From Chloroflexota bacterium (GTDB lineage Bacteria > Chloroflexota > Dehalococcoidia > UBA6926): a stretch of DNA of 64,000 bases. Shown piece by piece: positions 29,150 to 38,594 of the stretch (position 1 is the first letter of the stretch; every line of letters starts with the position of its first letter). The DNA is taken from contig JAPOOK010000051.1 in the NCBI GenBank assembly GCA_026713485.1, positions 914 to 64,913 on the forward strand. Reading direction: 5' to 3'. Under the pieces are notes generated by a model, which worked only from the letters and a program-made list of their open reading frames with translations, did not search any database and was not told the DNA's origin. A program made the position numbers and the translations under genes.

Positions 29150-29926
29150 CTACCGCTCCAAATCCCAAAGCCCCCGGCCGCCCGCGTCCACGCCGCCGTC
29201 AACGGAAAGCACTTGTCCCGTCACCCACGACGATTCGTCGGACGCAAAATAGAGCGCCGCGTGCGCGATGTCTGACACATGCCCCCGCCGACCTAGCGCC
29301 TGCTCTGGCACATCAATGCCGTCCGCATCAGCGCCAAGCCGCTGGCGAATCAACCCCGGCGCAACCACGTTCACCCGGATATTGTCCTGCCACAGTTCCC
29401 GCGCCAAGTTGCGCGCCAGTCCGATAACACCTGCTTTTGCAGCGCCATACGCGACATTGGAGCCGCGCTGAACGCTCTCGCTTGCCGTGATGAAGATGAT
29501 CGATCCGCCGCCCTGCTGTTTCATCACCGGCTGCATGGCCCGCGCCAGGTTTGACGGCCCCTCCATCGTGTTCCCGATAGCCTGACGCCAAAATCCCGGC
29601 TCCACATCGCTCAACGTCACGGATGGATCGAAGAAGCCGCCCCCGCCGCTGTAGAGGACATCTACACGTCCCCCGCCGGCGTCACGCGCCGCATAAACGA
29701 TTCGCTCCGCGTCCGCCGCATCCGCCACATCCCCCTGAATTGCTTGCGCTCTTTCTGAAGCCGGTGTTCCCAACCGCCGAACAACACCCAGCGTTTCCTC
29801 TAGGTGCTCCGCGCCCCGCGCAACAAGGATGACCGTCGCCCCCTCCTGCGCGCATAGCAGGGCAGTGGCCCGCCCCATCCCAGGCCCCGCCCCAGATACC
29901 AGAACCGTCTTCCCCTCAAGCCTCAT
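29150..29926 (-). CDS. SDR-family oxidoreductase
   Basis: TGAGPGMGRA Rossmann motif and YGAAKAG catalytic YxxxK. Confidence 0.8.
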   Translation of the reverse strand: MRLEGKTVLVSGAGPGMGRATALLCAQEGATVILVARGAEHLEETLGVVRRLGTPASERAQAIQGDVADAADAERIVYAARDAGGGRVDVLYSGGGGFFDPSVTLSDVEPGFWRQAIGNTMEGPSNLARAMQPVMKQQGGGSIIFITASESVQRGSNVAYGAAKAGVIGLARNLARELWQDNIRVNVVAPGLIRQRLGADADGIDVPEQALGRRGHVSDIAHAALYFASDESSWVTGQVLSVDGGVDAGGRGLWDLER

Positions 29927-30027
29927 GTGAGCGTTCTCCTTTGGCGGTCAAATACTTGGCAATGCTGTCTGTGGAGTGATTGTGTCGGAGCGCCGTGAAT
30001 CGTGACAAGTGGCCTAACTGCCCCTAA

Positions 30028-30450
30028 TCACACCGGGATGACGTAGAAATCCACTCGCCTGTCGCCGGGCTCGACAGTGAACGTAGTGTCGTTGATGAAA
30101 ATCAGCGCGCCATCACTATCGTAGAATCGCGCGCCGACCGAGTATTCGTTCCTGTCGCTGAGTGGCTCATCCCATTCCAACTCATACTCAAGCGGCAGCG
30201 TTGTTACGTTGTCATATTCGCGACTCGCAATCTCTATCGACGATGCATCGGCCAACGACACATCCCGCAGCTGCACGACAACCCGCGACGAGGGTATGTG
30301 CGACAACTCATCCGCCCCCTCAAGAGTGATCTCGCCCCGGAGCGAGGTCCCCCCGCCACACCCACTGACGACAAGCATCAACGCCGCCAACCCCAACAGA
30401 CAGGCCGACAATAGCGCTAACCGCCGCGGTCCTAAACGTTCACTCCTCAT
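30028..30450 (-). CDS. YbaY/YscW-like lipoprotein
   Basis: Signal peptide plus LVVSGC lipobox. ITLP..LEYELEWDE...YSVGARFYDSDGALIF pattern of YbaY-type lipoproteins. The start may instead be ATG 30480. Confidence 0.4.
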   Translation of the reverse strand: MRSERLGPRRLALLSACLLGLAALMLVVSGCGGGTSLRGEITLEGADELSHIPSSRVVVQLRDVSLADASSIEIASREYDNVTTLPLEYELEWDEPLSDRNEYSVGARFYDSDGALIFINDTTFTVEPGDRRVDFYVIPV

Positions 30451-30526
30451 CGCCGTTCGCCCCCTTGGCTCGCGACTCATTCACAAAGATAACCCGTCTC
30501 CACCCCATCCGTGCCATAGTTACACC

Positions 30527-31327
30527 ATGGACGAAATCCTCCTCGCCCTCATGCCGGTTCTCGGCTTTCTCGCCGGAACAATCGGTGCTCTCATCGGCGC
30601 AGGCGGAGGATTCATCGCCGTCCCCATCCTCCTCATTGTCCTCCCTGACGAATCGCCCGGCATCATCACCGGCATGTCGCAATCAATGGTGCTGATGACA
30701 TCCCTCTCCTCCACGGTCGCCTATATCCGCCAGAAGCGCATCGAGTACCGCTGGGCCGCTGTCATGGCGGTGACCGGCCTGTTCGGTATGGCCATCGGGG
30801 CGTACATCGTTGAGCAGCTTGAGCGCGGCGCGTTCCAGACCGTATTTGGCATTGCCGCCCTCATCCTCATGTCGTACTTGTTAATCAGACCGATCCGTGG
30901 CCGTGGCGCTGCCCGCACGCTTGAAGAGGCTGAGGATGCTCGTGTCCCCCTGACCCGCCGGCGCGCCATCATGCTCGGCGTTGTTGGCCTCGCGACGGGT
31001 ACGATGGGCGGCCTCCTTGGCGTCGGTGGCGGCATCGCCATGGTTCCCATCATCGTGCAGGCATTCGTATTCCCCGCACACCTGGCCACGGCAACCTCCC
31101 AACTCGTCATCCTCATCACCAGCCCCGCCGCCATTGCCGTCCACCTGGTCGAATCACCGCTGCTGGACAAGATCCTGCCAATCGTCCTGCTCGGTATCGG
31201 CGCGATCATTGGCGCGCAGGTCGGCGCGCGGGTATCCCGCAAAATCTCTGCGCCATGGATCGTCCGTATCCTGGCAATTGGCCTCGGCATCGTCGGCGTG
31301 CGCCTGATCCTCAGCGGCCTGGCATAG
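30527..31327 (+). CDS. TauE/SafE (DUF81) family anion exporter
   Basis: Two internal repeats with GxGGG motifs (GALIGAGGGFIAVPILL / GGLLGVGGGIAMVPII). Start at MDEILL (ATG 30527). The ORF-track N-terminal extension overlaps the divergent gene. Confidence 0.7.
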   Translation: MDEILLALMPVLGFLAGTIGALIGAGGGFIAVPILLIVLPDESPGIITGMSQSMVLMTSLSSTVAYIRQKRIEYRWAAVMAVTGLFGMAIGAYIVEQLERGAFQTVFGIAALILMSYLLIRPIRGRGAARTLEEAEDARVPLTRRRAIMLGVVGLATGTMGGLLGVGGGIAMVPIIVQAFVFPAHLATATSQLVILITSPAAIAVHLVESPLLDKILPIVLLGIGAIIGAQVGARVSRKISAPWIVRILAIGLGIVGVRLILSGLA

Positions 31328-31397
31328 CCCTACGCGCCGATTGCGGGTACGGGCGTACAATCAATCGGATAAAGATTCGATTCTGAGGGGGTGGGGA

Positions 31398-32261
31398 ATG
31401 GAGCATCAATACATCAAGGTCGATAGAGACGATCTCGGCGTTGTCACGATTGCGTTCAACGTGCCCGAAGCGCTGAACCCGTGGCTGATTCCGCTCATGG
31501 AGGAGATGACCGTCGAACTCGATCTCATTGCCGCCAACCCTGATGACCGAGTTGTCATCTTCACTGGCACCGGACGCTCATTCTCAGCTGGGGGCGATGT
31601 CGGCCCCATGGCGGGCGCGGGCGGCGACCGCCCCATGCCGCACTTCATGAAAGAGAAAGAGAACCGCCAGCGCGGCGGCTGGAACATCCCCACAATGTCC
31701 GCCACGGAGCGAATGAAGAACGAGATGCTCAACGGACGCCGCATCCACATGCAGGTCTGGGAACTGGACAAGCCCACCATCGCCGCCGTCAACGGCGTCG
31801 CGGCTGGCGCAGGCTGCGACCTCGCCCTCGCCTGCGATATCCGCCTCGCCAGCACCAACGCCCGCTTCATCGAGGTCTACGTGCGACGCAGCCTGGTTCC
31901 CCTTGATGGCGGAGCGTACTGGGCCCCCTATCTGCTGCCACACGGCATCGCGATGGAGATGCTCCTCGCCGGAGAGGCCCTCAGCGCCGAAGACGCGCAT
32001 CGTTTCGGCCTCGTCAACCGCGTCTATGAACCGGACGAGTTGATGCCCGCCGCGCAGGAGCTTGGCCGCAAGATGGCGCAGGGCCCCGCCGTCACCCAGC
32101 AGCTCGTCAAGCACATGGTGCGAGAGATTCACACCAAGGGCTACGAAGAGCACTGGAAGTACATCGACGCCGCGCACCAACACACACGAGAAACCCACGA
32201 CTACAACGAGGGCGTCCGCTCCTTCGTCGAAAAGCGCCCCCCCGAATTCAAAGGCTACTAG
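31398..32261 (+). CDS. Enoyl-CoA hydratase/isomerase family protein
   Basis: Crotonase motifs (FTGTGRSFSAGGD, AAVNGVAAGAGCDLALACDIRLA). Start MEHQYI with GGGGG RBS. Confidence 0.7.
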   Translation: MEHQYIKVDRDDLGVVTIAFNVPEALNPWLIPLMEEMTVELDLIAANPDDRVVIFTGTGRSFSAGGDVGPMAGAGGDRPMPHFMKEKENRQRGGWNIPTMSATERMKNEMLNGRRIHMQVWELDKPTIAAVNGVAAGAGCDLALACDIRLASTNARFIEVYVRRSLVPLDGGAYWAPYLLPHGIAMEMLLAGEALSAEDAHRFGLVNRVYEPDELMPAAQELGRKMAQGPAVTQQLVKHMVREIHTKGYEEHWKYIDAAHQHTRETHDYNEGVRSFVEKRPPEFKGY

Positions 32262-32276
32262 CGGCACTACACACAT

Positions 32277-32317
32277 CCCCTCCCCCCCTTGGTGGGGGAG
32301 GGCTAGGGTGGGGGTGA
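32277..32317 (+). repeat. Type-A palindromic repeat (CCCCTCCCCC...GGGGGAGGG + TAGGGTGGGGGTGA); terminator-like hairpin with G-quadruplex-like tail
   Basis: Same element at 39853..39892, 56798..56840 and 59988..60024. Each lies within ~20 nt after a stop codon. Confidence 0.6.
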
Positions 32318-32354
32318 CAACGCCAAACAGTGCAAGGCGTACAATAGGGGCGTC

Positions 32355-33440
32355 ATGTCTGCAAGTACGAACCAAGCCCCGCCCATCGTCGCCATCACTC
32401 TTGGCGATCCGGCGGGCATCGGCCCGGAAGTCGTCGTCAAGGCGCTTGCCGCCAACGATGACCTGCGCCTCGGCCTCTGCAGGCCCCTGATCGTCGGCAG
32501 CTACGCAGTGGCGGAGATGTCCGCCCAACGCTTTGCCGGTGGTCTCCCGCTCATCCATGTTGATTCCCGTGAGCAGCTTGCAGACGTGGAATGGGACGGC
32601 GAAACGGTGCCCGTCTGGAACATCGATACACCCGGCGCGAGCGAAATCCCCTACGGAGAGCCCACCATCGCTGGTGGCGTCGTGTCCATCACCTCAATTG
32701 AACTCGCTGCCACGCTCGCCCTTGAAAACCGCATTCAGGCCATCTCCACCGCGCCCATCAACAAAGAAGCCGTGCATATGGCCGGCTACCAGGAGATCGG
32801 CCACCAGGAGGTTCTGGCGCGCATGGCGAACATCACGGAGATTGCGACCATGCTCATGGCGCATCGTCTCCGAGCCGTCCACCTCACCACCCACGTTCCG
32901 TTCCGGGATGCCTACAAGCACGTCACGAAAGAACGAATCTTGGCACGTCTGCGATTAACGGACAAGAATTTCAGAAAATGGGGCGTCGCTGAGCCACGCA
33001 TCGCCGTCGCCGCTCTCAATCCGCACGGCGGTGACAGCGGCCTGCTTGGTCGAGAGGAGATCGAGGAGATCGCCCCCGCCGTCGAGCAGGCCGTCTCAGA
33101 GGGCATCGTGGCCGAAGGGCCGCTGCCCGCCGACTCCGTATTCCTTTCCGCCGCTGCCGGAAACTATGATGCCGTCATTGCCCTCTACCACGATCAGGGA
33201 CACATCGCAGTGAAGATGCACGACTTCCATGGCAGCGTCAGCGTCAATCTGGGCCTGCCGTTTGTGCGCACGTCGGTCGATCACGGAACGGCGTACGATA
33301 TTGCCGGTACGGGCGCGGCGGAGGCCGTCAGCATGAGCGCCGCCATCCGCACCGCCGCTCTGCTCGCGACCGGACGCGGCCTGGACACCGCCAACATCGA
33401 GCAGGATGCGCGGCAGGCGCCCGCTCGCGTCTACGGATAA
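32355..33440 (+). CDS. pdxA: PdxA-family NAD-dependent 4-phospho-hydroxyacid dehydrogenase (PdxA/PdxA2)
   Basis: IAITLGDPAGIGPE N-terminus and TSVDHGTAYDIAG metal-site motif. Confidence 0.75.
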   Translation: MSASTNQAPPIVAITLGDPAGIGPEVVVKALAANDDLRLGLCRPLIVGSYAVAEMSAQRFAGGLPLIHVDSREQLADVEWDGETVPVWNIDTPGASEIPYGEPTIAGGVVSITSIELAATLALENRIQAISTAPINKEAVHMAGYQEIGHQEVLARMANITEIATMLMAHRLRAVHLTTHVPFRDAYKHVTKERILARLRLTDKNFRKWGVAEPRIAVAALNPHGGDSGLLGREEIEEIAPAVEQAVSEGIVAEGPLPADSVFLSAAAGNYDAVIALYHDQGHIAVKMHDFHGSVSVNLGLPFVRTSVDHGTAYDIAGTGAAEAVSMSAAIRTAALLATGRGLDTANIEQDARQAPARVYG

Positions 33441-33453
33441 GGGGGAAATAGCT

Positions 33454-33615
33454 ATGTGGGCCATTCCGACGGTGGTAGCCCTGATGATTCTTGGGCCGAT
33501 GGTCCTGCTGGGCTTTGTTGTGGTTCTCGTCGTGCCGACGCTCTACGTTGCTATGCACAGCAAGATTCGTCAGCCGGAGGGTATGCCCGGCTCCGAGTCC
33601 ACCGAGGGCAGTTAG
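33454..33615 (+). CDS. Small hydrophobic protein (53 aa, one TM helix)
   Basis: ATG preceded by GGGGGAAA RBS. Fills the pdxA-adh gap exactly. Confidence 0.3.
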   Translation: MWAIPTVVALMILGPMVLLGFVVVLVVPTLYVAMHSKIRQPEGMPGSESTEGS

Positions 33616-33633
33616 CCCTAAGGGGGAGCGGCC

Positions 33634-34671
33634 ATGAAAGCCGTCTATATCGAGGAACGCGGCGGGCCTGAGAACCTCATTTACGGCGACATGCCGGATC
33701 CGGAGATGGCCGACGACCAGGTCCTCATCCGCGTCCGTGCCGCCTCCGTCAACCGCTTCGATCTGAACGCCCGCGCCGGCGAGAACGGCGTCATGGTCAA
33801 CCTCCCGCGCATCCTCGGCCTTGATTTGGCAGGAGAGGTCGAGGACGTGGGCATGGTGGCCATTGAAGCGGGAATCGTGCCCGGTATGCGTGTCGTCGCT
33901 GACCCGCGCCTCCCATGCCAGCTGTGCCATTACTGCCGACTTGGACGTGACGAAGACTGCATGAACCGCTATGACCTCGGCTCGCGTCTGCATGGCACCT
34001 ACGCCGAGAAGATTGCCGTCCCCACTCGCGCAGTTCACGTCATTCCCGACGAGTTGTCATTTGAAGAAGCCGCCGCCATGCCCATCGTCTACAAGACCGC
34101 GTGGCGCATGCTGACCGCCAAGGCGCGTGTTCAGCCTGGCGAGACTGTGCTCATCCACGCCATCGGCAGCGGTGTTGGAACCGCGGCCCTCCAGATAGCA
34201 AAACTCCTCGGCTGCCGTGTCATCGCTACTGCCGGCTCCGACTGGAAACTCGACCGCGCCCGTGAGATGGGAGCCGACGAAACCGTCAGCTACGAGGATG
34301 GCGAAACATGGCCTGAAATTGTCATGGCCCTCACCGAGAACGAGGGTGTCGACGCCGTCATCGACAACGTCGGCGCGCCGCTTTGGGATGGCAGCTTCCG
34401 AGTCATGGCGCGGCAGGGACGATTCGTCACCTGCGGAGTTACCGCCGGCCATCGGGTCTCTCTCCACCTCGGCCAAGTCTTCCTCCGAGGACTGGAGGTC
34501 ATGGGCATCGGCGGATTCAGGACGTCCGACTTCGAACGAATCATTCAGCTCACACACCAGGGAAAACTCAAGGGCACGGTTGGGCGCGTATTCCCGTTGT
34601 CCGAGACAGCGGACGCCCACCGCCTGATGGAATCACGTGATTTCTTCGGCAAGATCATCCTGACTACCTAG
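33634..34671 (+). CDS. Zinc-dependent MDR alcohol dehydrogenase / quinone oxidoreductase-like
   Basis: Structural-zinc motif C..C..C......C (CQLCHYCRLGRDEDC) and GxGxxG-type cofactor site (IGSGVGTAA). Confidence 0.75.
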   Translation: MKAVYIEERGGPENLIYGDMPDPEMADDQVLIRVRAASVNRFDLNARAGENGVMVNLPRILGLDLAGEVEDVGMVAIEAGIVPGMRVVADPRLPCQLCHYCRLGRDEDCMNRYDLGSRLHGTYAEKIAVPTRAVHVIPDELSFEEAAAMPIVYKTAWRMLTAKARVQPGETVLIHAIGSGVGTAALQIAKLLGCRVIATAGSDWKLDRAREMGADETVSYEDGETWPEIVMALTENEGVDAVIDNVGAPLWDGSFRVMARQGRFVTCGVTAGHRVSLHLGQVFLRGLEVMGIGGFRTSDFERIIQLTHQGKLKGTVGRVFPLSETADAHRLMESRDFFGKIILTT

Positions 34672-34692
34672 GAAGGAGCCTGGGAGGCGGCT

Positions 34693-35430
34693 GTGCAGAT
34701 ACCGGAGATCGTCAAGCTTTCACTGGCTGAGACATTTGGAGCCTTCGTCCTGCTCCTGATGGGCGCAGGGTCGATCCTGACCGCAACAGCAACCAATCCC
34801 GGCGGCGACAACCTGATTGTCATTGCCTTCGCCCACGGCCTCGCCATCTTCATCGGCGTTTCTGCTGTCGGCCACGTCTCCGGCGCCCACTTCAACCCCG
34901 CCGTTACGTTCGCCTTCCTCATCACCGGCAAGATTCAGCCGCTCACCGCCCTCGCTTATTGGGGTTCCCAACTGCTCGGCGGCATCATAGGCGTGCTCAT
35001 CCTCAGCGCCGTCTTCTCCGGCGCGGGCGACTTGACTGACATGTCCAACGCTGCTGAGGCGACCAACCTCGGCGCGACGGCCCTCCACGGCGATGTCTCA
35101 CCCGCCGCCGGCATCTTTATCGAGGTTGCCCTGACGTTCATCCTCGTATTCGTTATCTTCCAGGTCGCCGTCGACGAGAAGGGCCCCGGCATGATTGCGC
35201 CGTTGGCCATCGGCATGACCATCACCCTCGCCGCGCTGATGGGAGGTCCACTGACCGGAGCGGCGCTCAACCCGGCCCGCGCCTTCGCCCCGGCCCTCAT
35301 CGCCGGCTATTGGACGAACCACTTCGTTTACTGGATCGGCCCGTTGCTCGGCGGTGGCCTCGGCGCCCTCGCCGCCGCCTACCTCATGCAAGGCATGAAA
35401 CTCCGGCTCCCTGGCCGCAAGGGGGACTAA
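34693..35430 (+). CDS. Aquaporin / MIP family channel
   Basis: Two NPA boxes (SGAHFNPAVTF; ALNPARAF) and six TM helices. Confidence 0.85.
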   Translation: MQIPEIVKLSLAETFGAFVLLLMGAGSILTATATNPGGDNLIVIAFAHGLAIFIGVSAVGHVSGAHFNPAVTFAFLITGKIQPLTALAYWGSQLLGGIIGVLILSAVFSGAGDLTDMSNAAEATNLGATALHGDVSPAAGIFIEVALTFILVFVIFQVAVDEKGPGMIAPLAIGMTITLAALMGGPLTGAALNPARAFAPALIAGYWTNHFVYWIGPLLGGGLGALAAAYLMQGMKLRLPGRKGD

Positions 35431-35466
35431 ACACGTGAATTTTCTGTGAGAAAGTAGAGGCAGAGA

Positions 35467-37164
35467 ATGACGCAAGGCACTTTCGAGGCTGGCGAGGTCG
35501 TACTGGCAAAGTTGTTTAGCGACGACTATCTCTTTCGCATGCCATTCTACCAACGTCCCTACTCATGGACTAAGGAAGAAGTGGGAGAACTGCTAAACGA
35601 CCTTCTAGGCGCAATGGATGGGGAATCAGATCCAGAGCCCTACTTCTTAGGTAGCATTGTCCTAATAAGCCACTCTGGATCATCTGAACATGAGGTCATA
35701 GACGGGCAGCAGAGACTGACTACGTTGACAATGTTATTCTGTGTCCTTCGCGAGCTAACGGAAGACCCGGACGATTATGGTAGCCTCGACCAGAGAGTAC
35801 GAGAGAGACCCGACAAATATGCCGGCAGCAAGAATCGATTTAGGCTCCAACTTAGGGACAAAGATGAGGAGTTCTTCCGTGCCAATGTGCAAGAATCTGG
35901 GGGTATAGCCCGGTTCTTGTCCATAGAAACCAAGTATCCGTCAGACCCGCAGGAGTTAATTCTCGAAAATACAAGGCTCCTATGGAACGAACTGTCTAAG
36001 CTGAGCCAAGCGGAGCGTGACAATTTAGCTAGTTTCGTAATCGGGAATTGCTACCTGGTGTCTGTGAAGGCGTATGACCCAGACTCTGCTCATAGAATAT
36101 TCTCAGTATTGAACGCTAGAGGTCTTGATCTAACACCCACGGATGTCCTGAAAGCCGAGGTCATTGGGGATATCCCTGCCAATGAGGGTGAACGCTACAC
36201 ACAAGCATGGGAAGACATTGAAGATGAACTGGGACGAGACAGATTCCGAGAGTTATTCGGGCATATTTTCGTTATCGAAACCGGAGATCGATTTCACCGA
36301 GAATTGGCGAAGGCATTCAGCGAGGAGGTTCTTACCCAGTACAATGGTTCCCAGTCTATTGATAAGACTTTAGGCAGATATGCAGAGGCATTTCAGATAG
36401 TTACTTCTGCCTCGTACGAAAGCGCCCGTCTCGCTGAAGATATCAACCGACATCTCGTTTACCTCCAACGGCTCGGAGACCACCCTGACTGGGTGCCAGT
36501 CGCCATGGTGATGTACGATCGGTTCGGGCTGGAGCCGGAGATATTGTTGGAACTCTTGAAGGGGCTCGATAGGCTCGCGTATGTCATGTTCATTAATGGC
36601 ATCAGGAGGGATGCTAGAATCAGCCGTTATGACCCAGCCATAAAGGCGGCTAAAGACAAGAATAAGGACGCTAGAGAAGTGTTGGCATGCCTGCAACTCA
36701 CTGAGGACGAGCAAGCCGAAGTCGTCCGCTCCCTAAATGGTCCGATTTATGGTACTCGTACAGTTGGAAGGTTCGTGCGACCACTCCTATTGCGACTTGA
36801 CAGTATGCTTGCCGATGCGGGAGCGAAATATGACCCCAAGATTATCACTGTAGAACACGTCCTCCCACAGTCTCCCGAAAAAGACTCTGAGTGGACTAAA
36901 GTCTTCCCTGATGAAGATGAGAGACGCGACTGGACAAACCGGCTTGCCAACTTGGTTCTATTGTCACGAAGCAAAAACTCGCGCGCCCAGAACTACGAGT
37001 TCGACCGCAAAAAGCGTGAGTATTTTCAGAAAGACAGTTCCACGGTATTTGCTTTGACGACGCAGGTCATTGGCGAAGAAAAATGGACCCCACGAGTCCT
37101 TGCCCGCCGGCAAAAGGGCTTGGTTGATGCGTTCCTGAAGGAGTGGGGTATTTCAAACTCCTGA
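35467..37164 (+). CDS. DUF262 (ParB/Srx-like, DGQQR) + DUF1524 (His-Me finger) protein; GmrSD/SspE-family modification-dependent nuclease; lies in a low-GC island
   Basis: N-terminal motifs FYQRPYSW and VIDGQQRLTTL. C-terminal motif EHVLPQS...NRLANLVLLSRSKNSRAQN. Local GC ~50% versus ~65% in flanks. Confidence 0.8.
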   Translation: MTQGTFEAGEVVLAKLFSDDYLFRMPFYQRPYSWTKEEVGELLNDLLGAMDGESDPEPYFLGSIVLISHSGSSEHEVIDGQQRLTTLTMLFCVLRELTEDPDDYGSLDQRVRERPDKYAGSKNRFRLQLRDKDEEFFRANVQESGGIARFLSIETKYPSDPQELILENTRLLWNELSKLSQAERDNLASFVIGNCYLVSVKAYDPDSAHRIFSVLNARGLDLTPTDVLKAEVIGDIPANEGERYTQAWEDIEDELGRDRFRELFGHIFVIETGDRFHRELAKAFSEEVLTQYNGSQSIDKTLGRYAEAFQIVTSASYESARLAEDINRHLVYLQRLGDHPDWVPVAMVMYDRFGLEPEILLELLKGLDRLAYVMFINGIRRDARISRYDPAIKAAKDKNKDAREVLACLQLTEDEQAEVVRSLNGPIYGTRTVGRFVRPLLLRLDSMLADAGAKYDPKIITVEHVLPQSPEKDSEWTKVFPDEDERRDWTNRLANLVLLSRSKNSRAQNYEFDRKKREYFQKDSSTVFALTTQVIGEEKWTPRVLARRQKGLVDAFLKEWGISNS

Positions 37165-37222
37165 TCGAGCTCGGCACCGGAACCGAAGCTGGATCGCGAA
37201 CCGAGAGCTCTAACGCAGTTAG

Positions 37223-38524
37223 TTACCGTTGGTTGATTGGCACGTACTGCCGCTCGTCCGCGCCCACGTAGATCTGCCGCGGACGCACAATGCGCTGCTC
37301 CCGATCAGTCACACCTTCATTCCATTGCGCCATCCAGCCCGCCGTGCGCGGCACTGCGAACAACACAGGGAACATCTCCACCGGGAACCCCATTGCCTGG
37401 TAGATCAGGCCCGAATAGAAATCCACGTTGGGGTAAAGCTGCCGCGAGACGAAGAAATCGTCCTCGAGCGCAATCCGTTCCAGTTCCAGCGCAATCTCAA
37501 GTAGGGGATTGACGCCCGTGACCTCAAACACCTTTTCCGCCATCGTCTTGATGATGCGGGCGCGCGGGTCATAGTTCTTGTAAACGCGATGCCCGAACCC
37601 CATTAGGCGGCCGCTCACACCGTCCTTCACGTTCTTAATGAACTCCGGCACGTTGTCCTTCGTGCCGATGTGCTGCAGCATCCGGATCACCGCCTCGTTC
37701 GCCCCGCCGTGCAGCGGACCGGACAACGAGCCGATAGCGCCGGCTAGGGCCGAGTACGGATCGGCCTGCGAGCTTGCGATTGCGCGCATCGCGTTCGCGC
37801 TCGCGTTCTGCTCGTGGTCGGCGTGCAGGATGAACAGCACGTCGATGGCCCGCTCGATGACGGGATTCGGAACGTACTTCGATTCCACCATGCGGAACAG
37901 CATGTTGAGGAAATTACCGGTGTACGTCAGGTCGTTGTCGGGATAGATGAACGGATAGCTCAACGTGTGCCGGTAGCACCACGCGGCCACCGTGGCGACC
38001 TTGCTGATTGCGCGCACCGTCTGAATCTTGCGCGACTCCGGATCCGTGACGTCTCTGGCCGCAGGATAGTACGTGCTCATCGTGGCCATCGACCCGATCA
38101 GCATTCCCATCGGATGCGCGTCATACCGATAGGTCTCCATCTGCTCCCGCACCGTCTCAAGCACCATCGTGCGGTAGCGGACGTCTTCCTCGAAGTCGAG
38201 CAACTGATCCGCGTCGGGAAGCTCACCGTTCAGGAGCAGGTAAACGACCTCCAGGTACGTTGAATACTCCGCCAACTGCTCGATTGGATAGCCGCGGTAA
38301 CGCAATATACCGGCATCGCCATCGATGTACGTGACGGCACTGCGGACGGTGGCGGTATTCAACAAGGAGGGGTCATAGCTCAGGAGGCCGAAATCGTCGT
38401 CTGACGTCTTGATCTGCCTCAGATCGGCTGCTCGGACTGCCCCGTCAGCAATCGGCAACTCATACTGCTTGCCGGTCCTGTTATCCGTGATGCTCAAAGA
38501 ATCCGGGGCCATCGCCGCCTCCAC
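37223..38524 (-). CDS. gltA: Citrate synthase
   Basis: GFGHRVYKNYDPRA catalytic-His motif and overall type-II citrate synthase conservation. Confidence 0.9.
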   Translation of the reverse strand: MEAAMAPDSLSITDNRTGKQYELPIADGAVRAADLRQIKTSDDDFGLLSYDPSLLNTATVRSAVTYIDGDAGILRYRGYPIEQLAEYSTYLEVVYLLLNGELPDADQLLDFEEDVRYRTMVLETVREQMETYRYDAHPMGMLIGSMATMSTYYPAARDVTDPESRKIQTVRAISKVATVAAWCYRHTLSYPFIYPDNDLTYTGNFLNMLFRMVESKYVPNPVIERAIDVLFILHADHEQNASANAMRAIASSQADPYSALAGAIGSLSGPLHGGANEAVIRMLQHIGTKDNVPEFIKNVKDGVSGRLMGFGHRVYKNYDPRARIIKTMAEKVFEVTGVNPLLEIALELERIALEDDFFVSRQLYPNVDFYSGLIYQAMGFPVEMFPVLFAVPRTAGWMAQWNEGVTDREQRIVRPRQIYVGADERQYVPINQR

Positions 38525-38594
38525 GCCAGTTTGACGCTATTGCAGTGCGTCTAATCTCAGTGTACAACCTGTACTGCGAGAGCAGTAGGGGACG

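Noticed and set aside
30209-30526. N-terminal 106-aa extension of the TauE/SafE ORF (ORF track start 30209).
   Set aside because: The extension is Ser/Pro/Arg-rich low complexity. It overlaps the divergent YbaY-like lipoprotein gene. The conserved family begins at MDEILL (30527).
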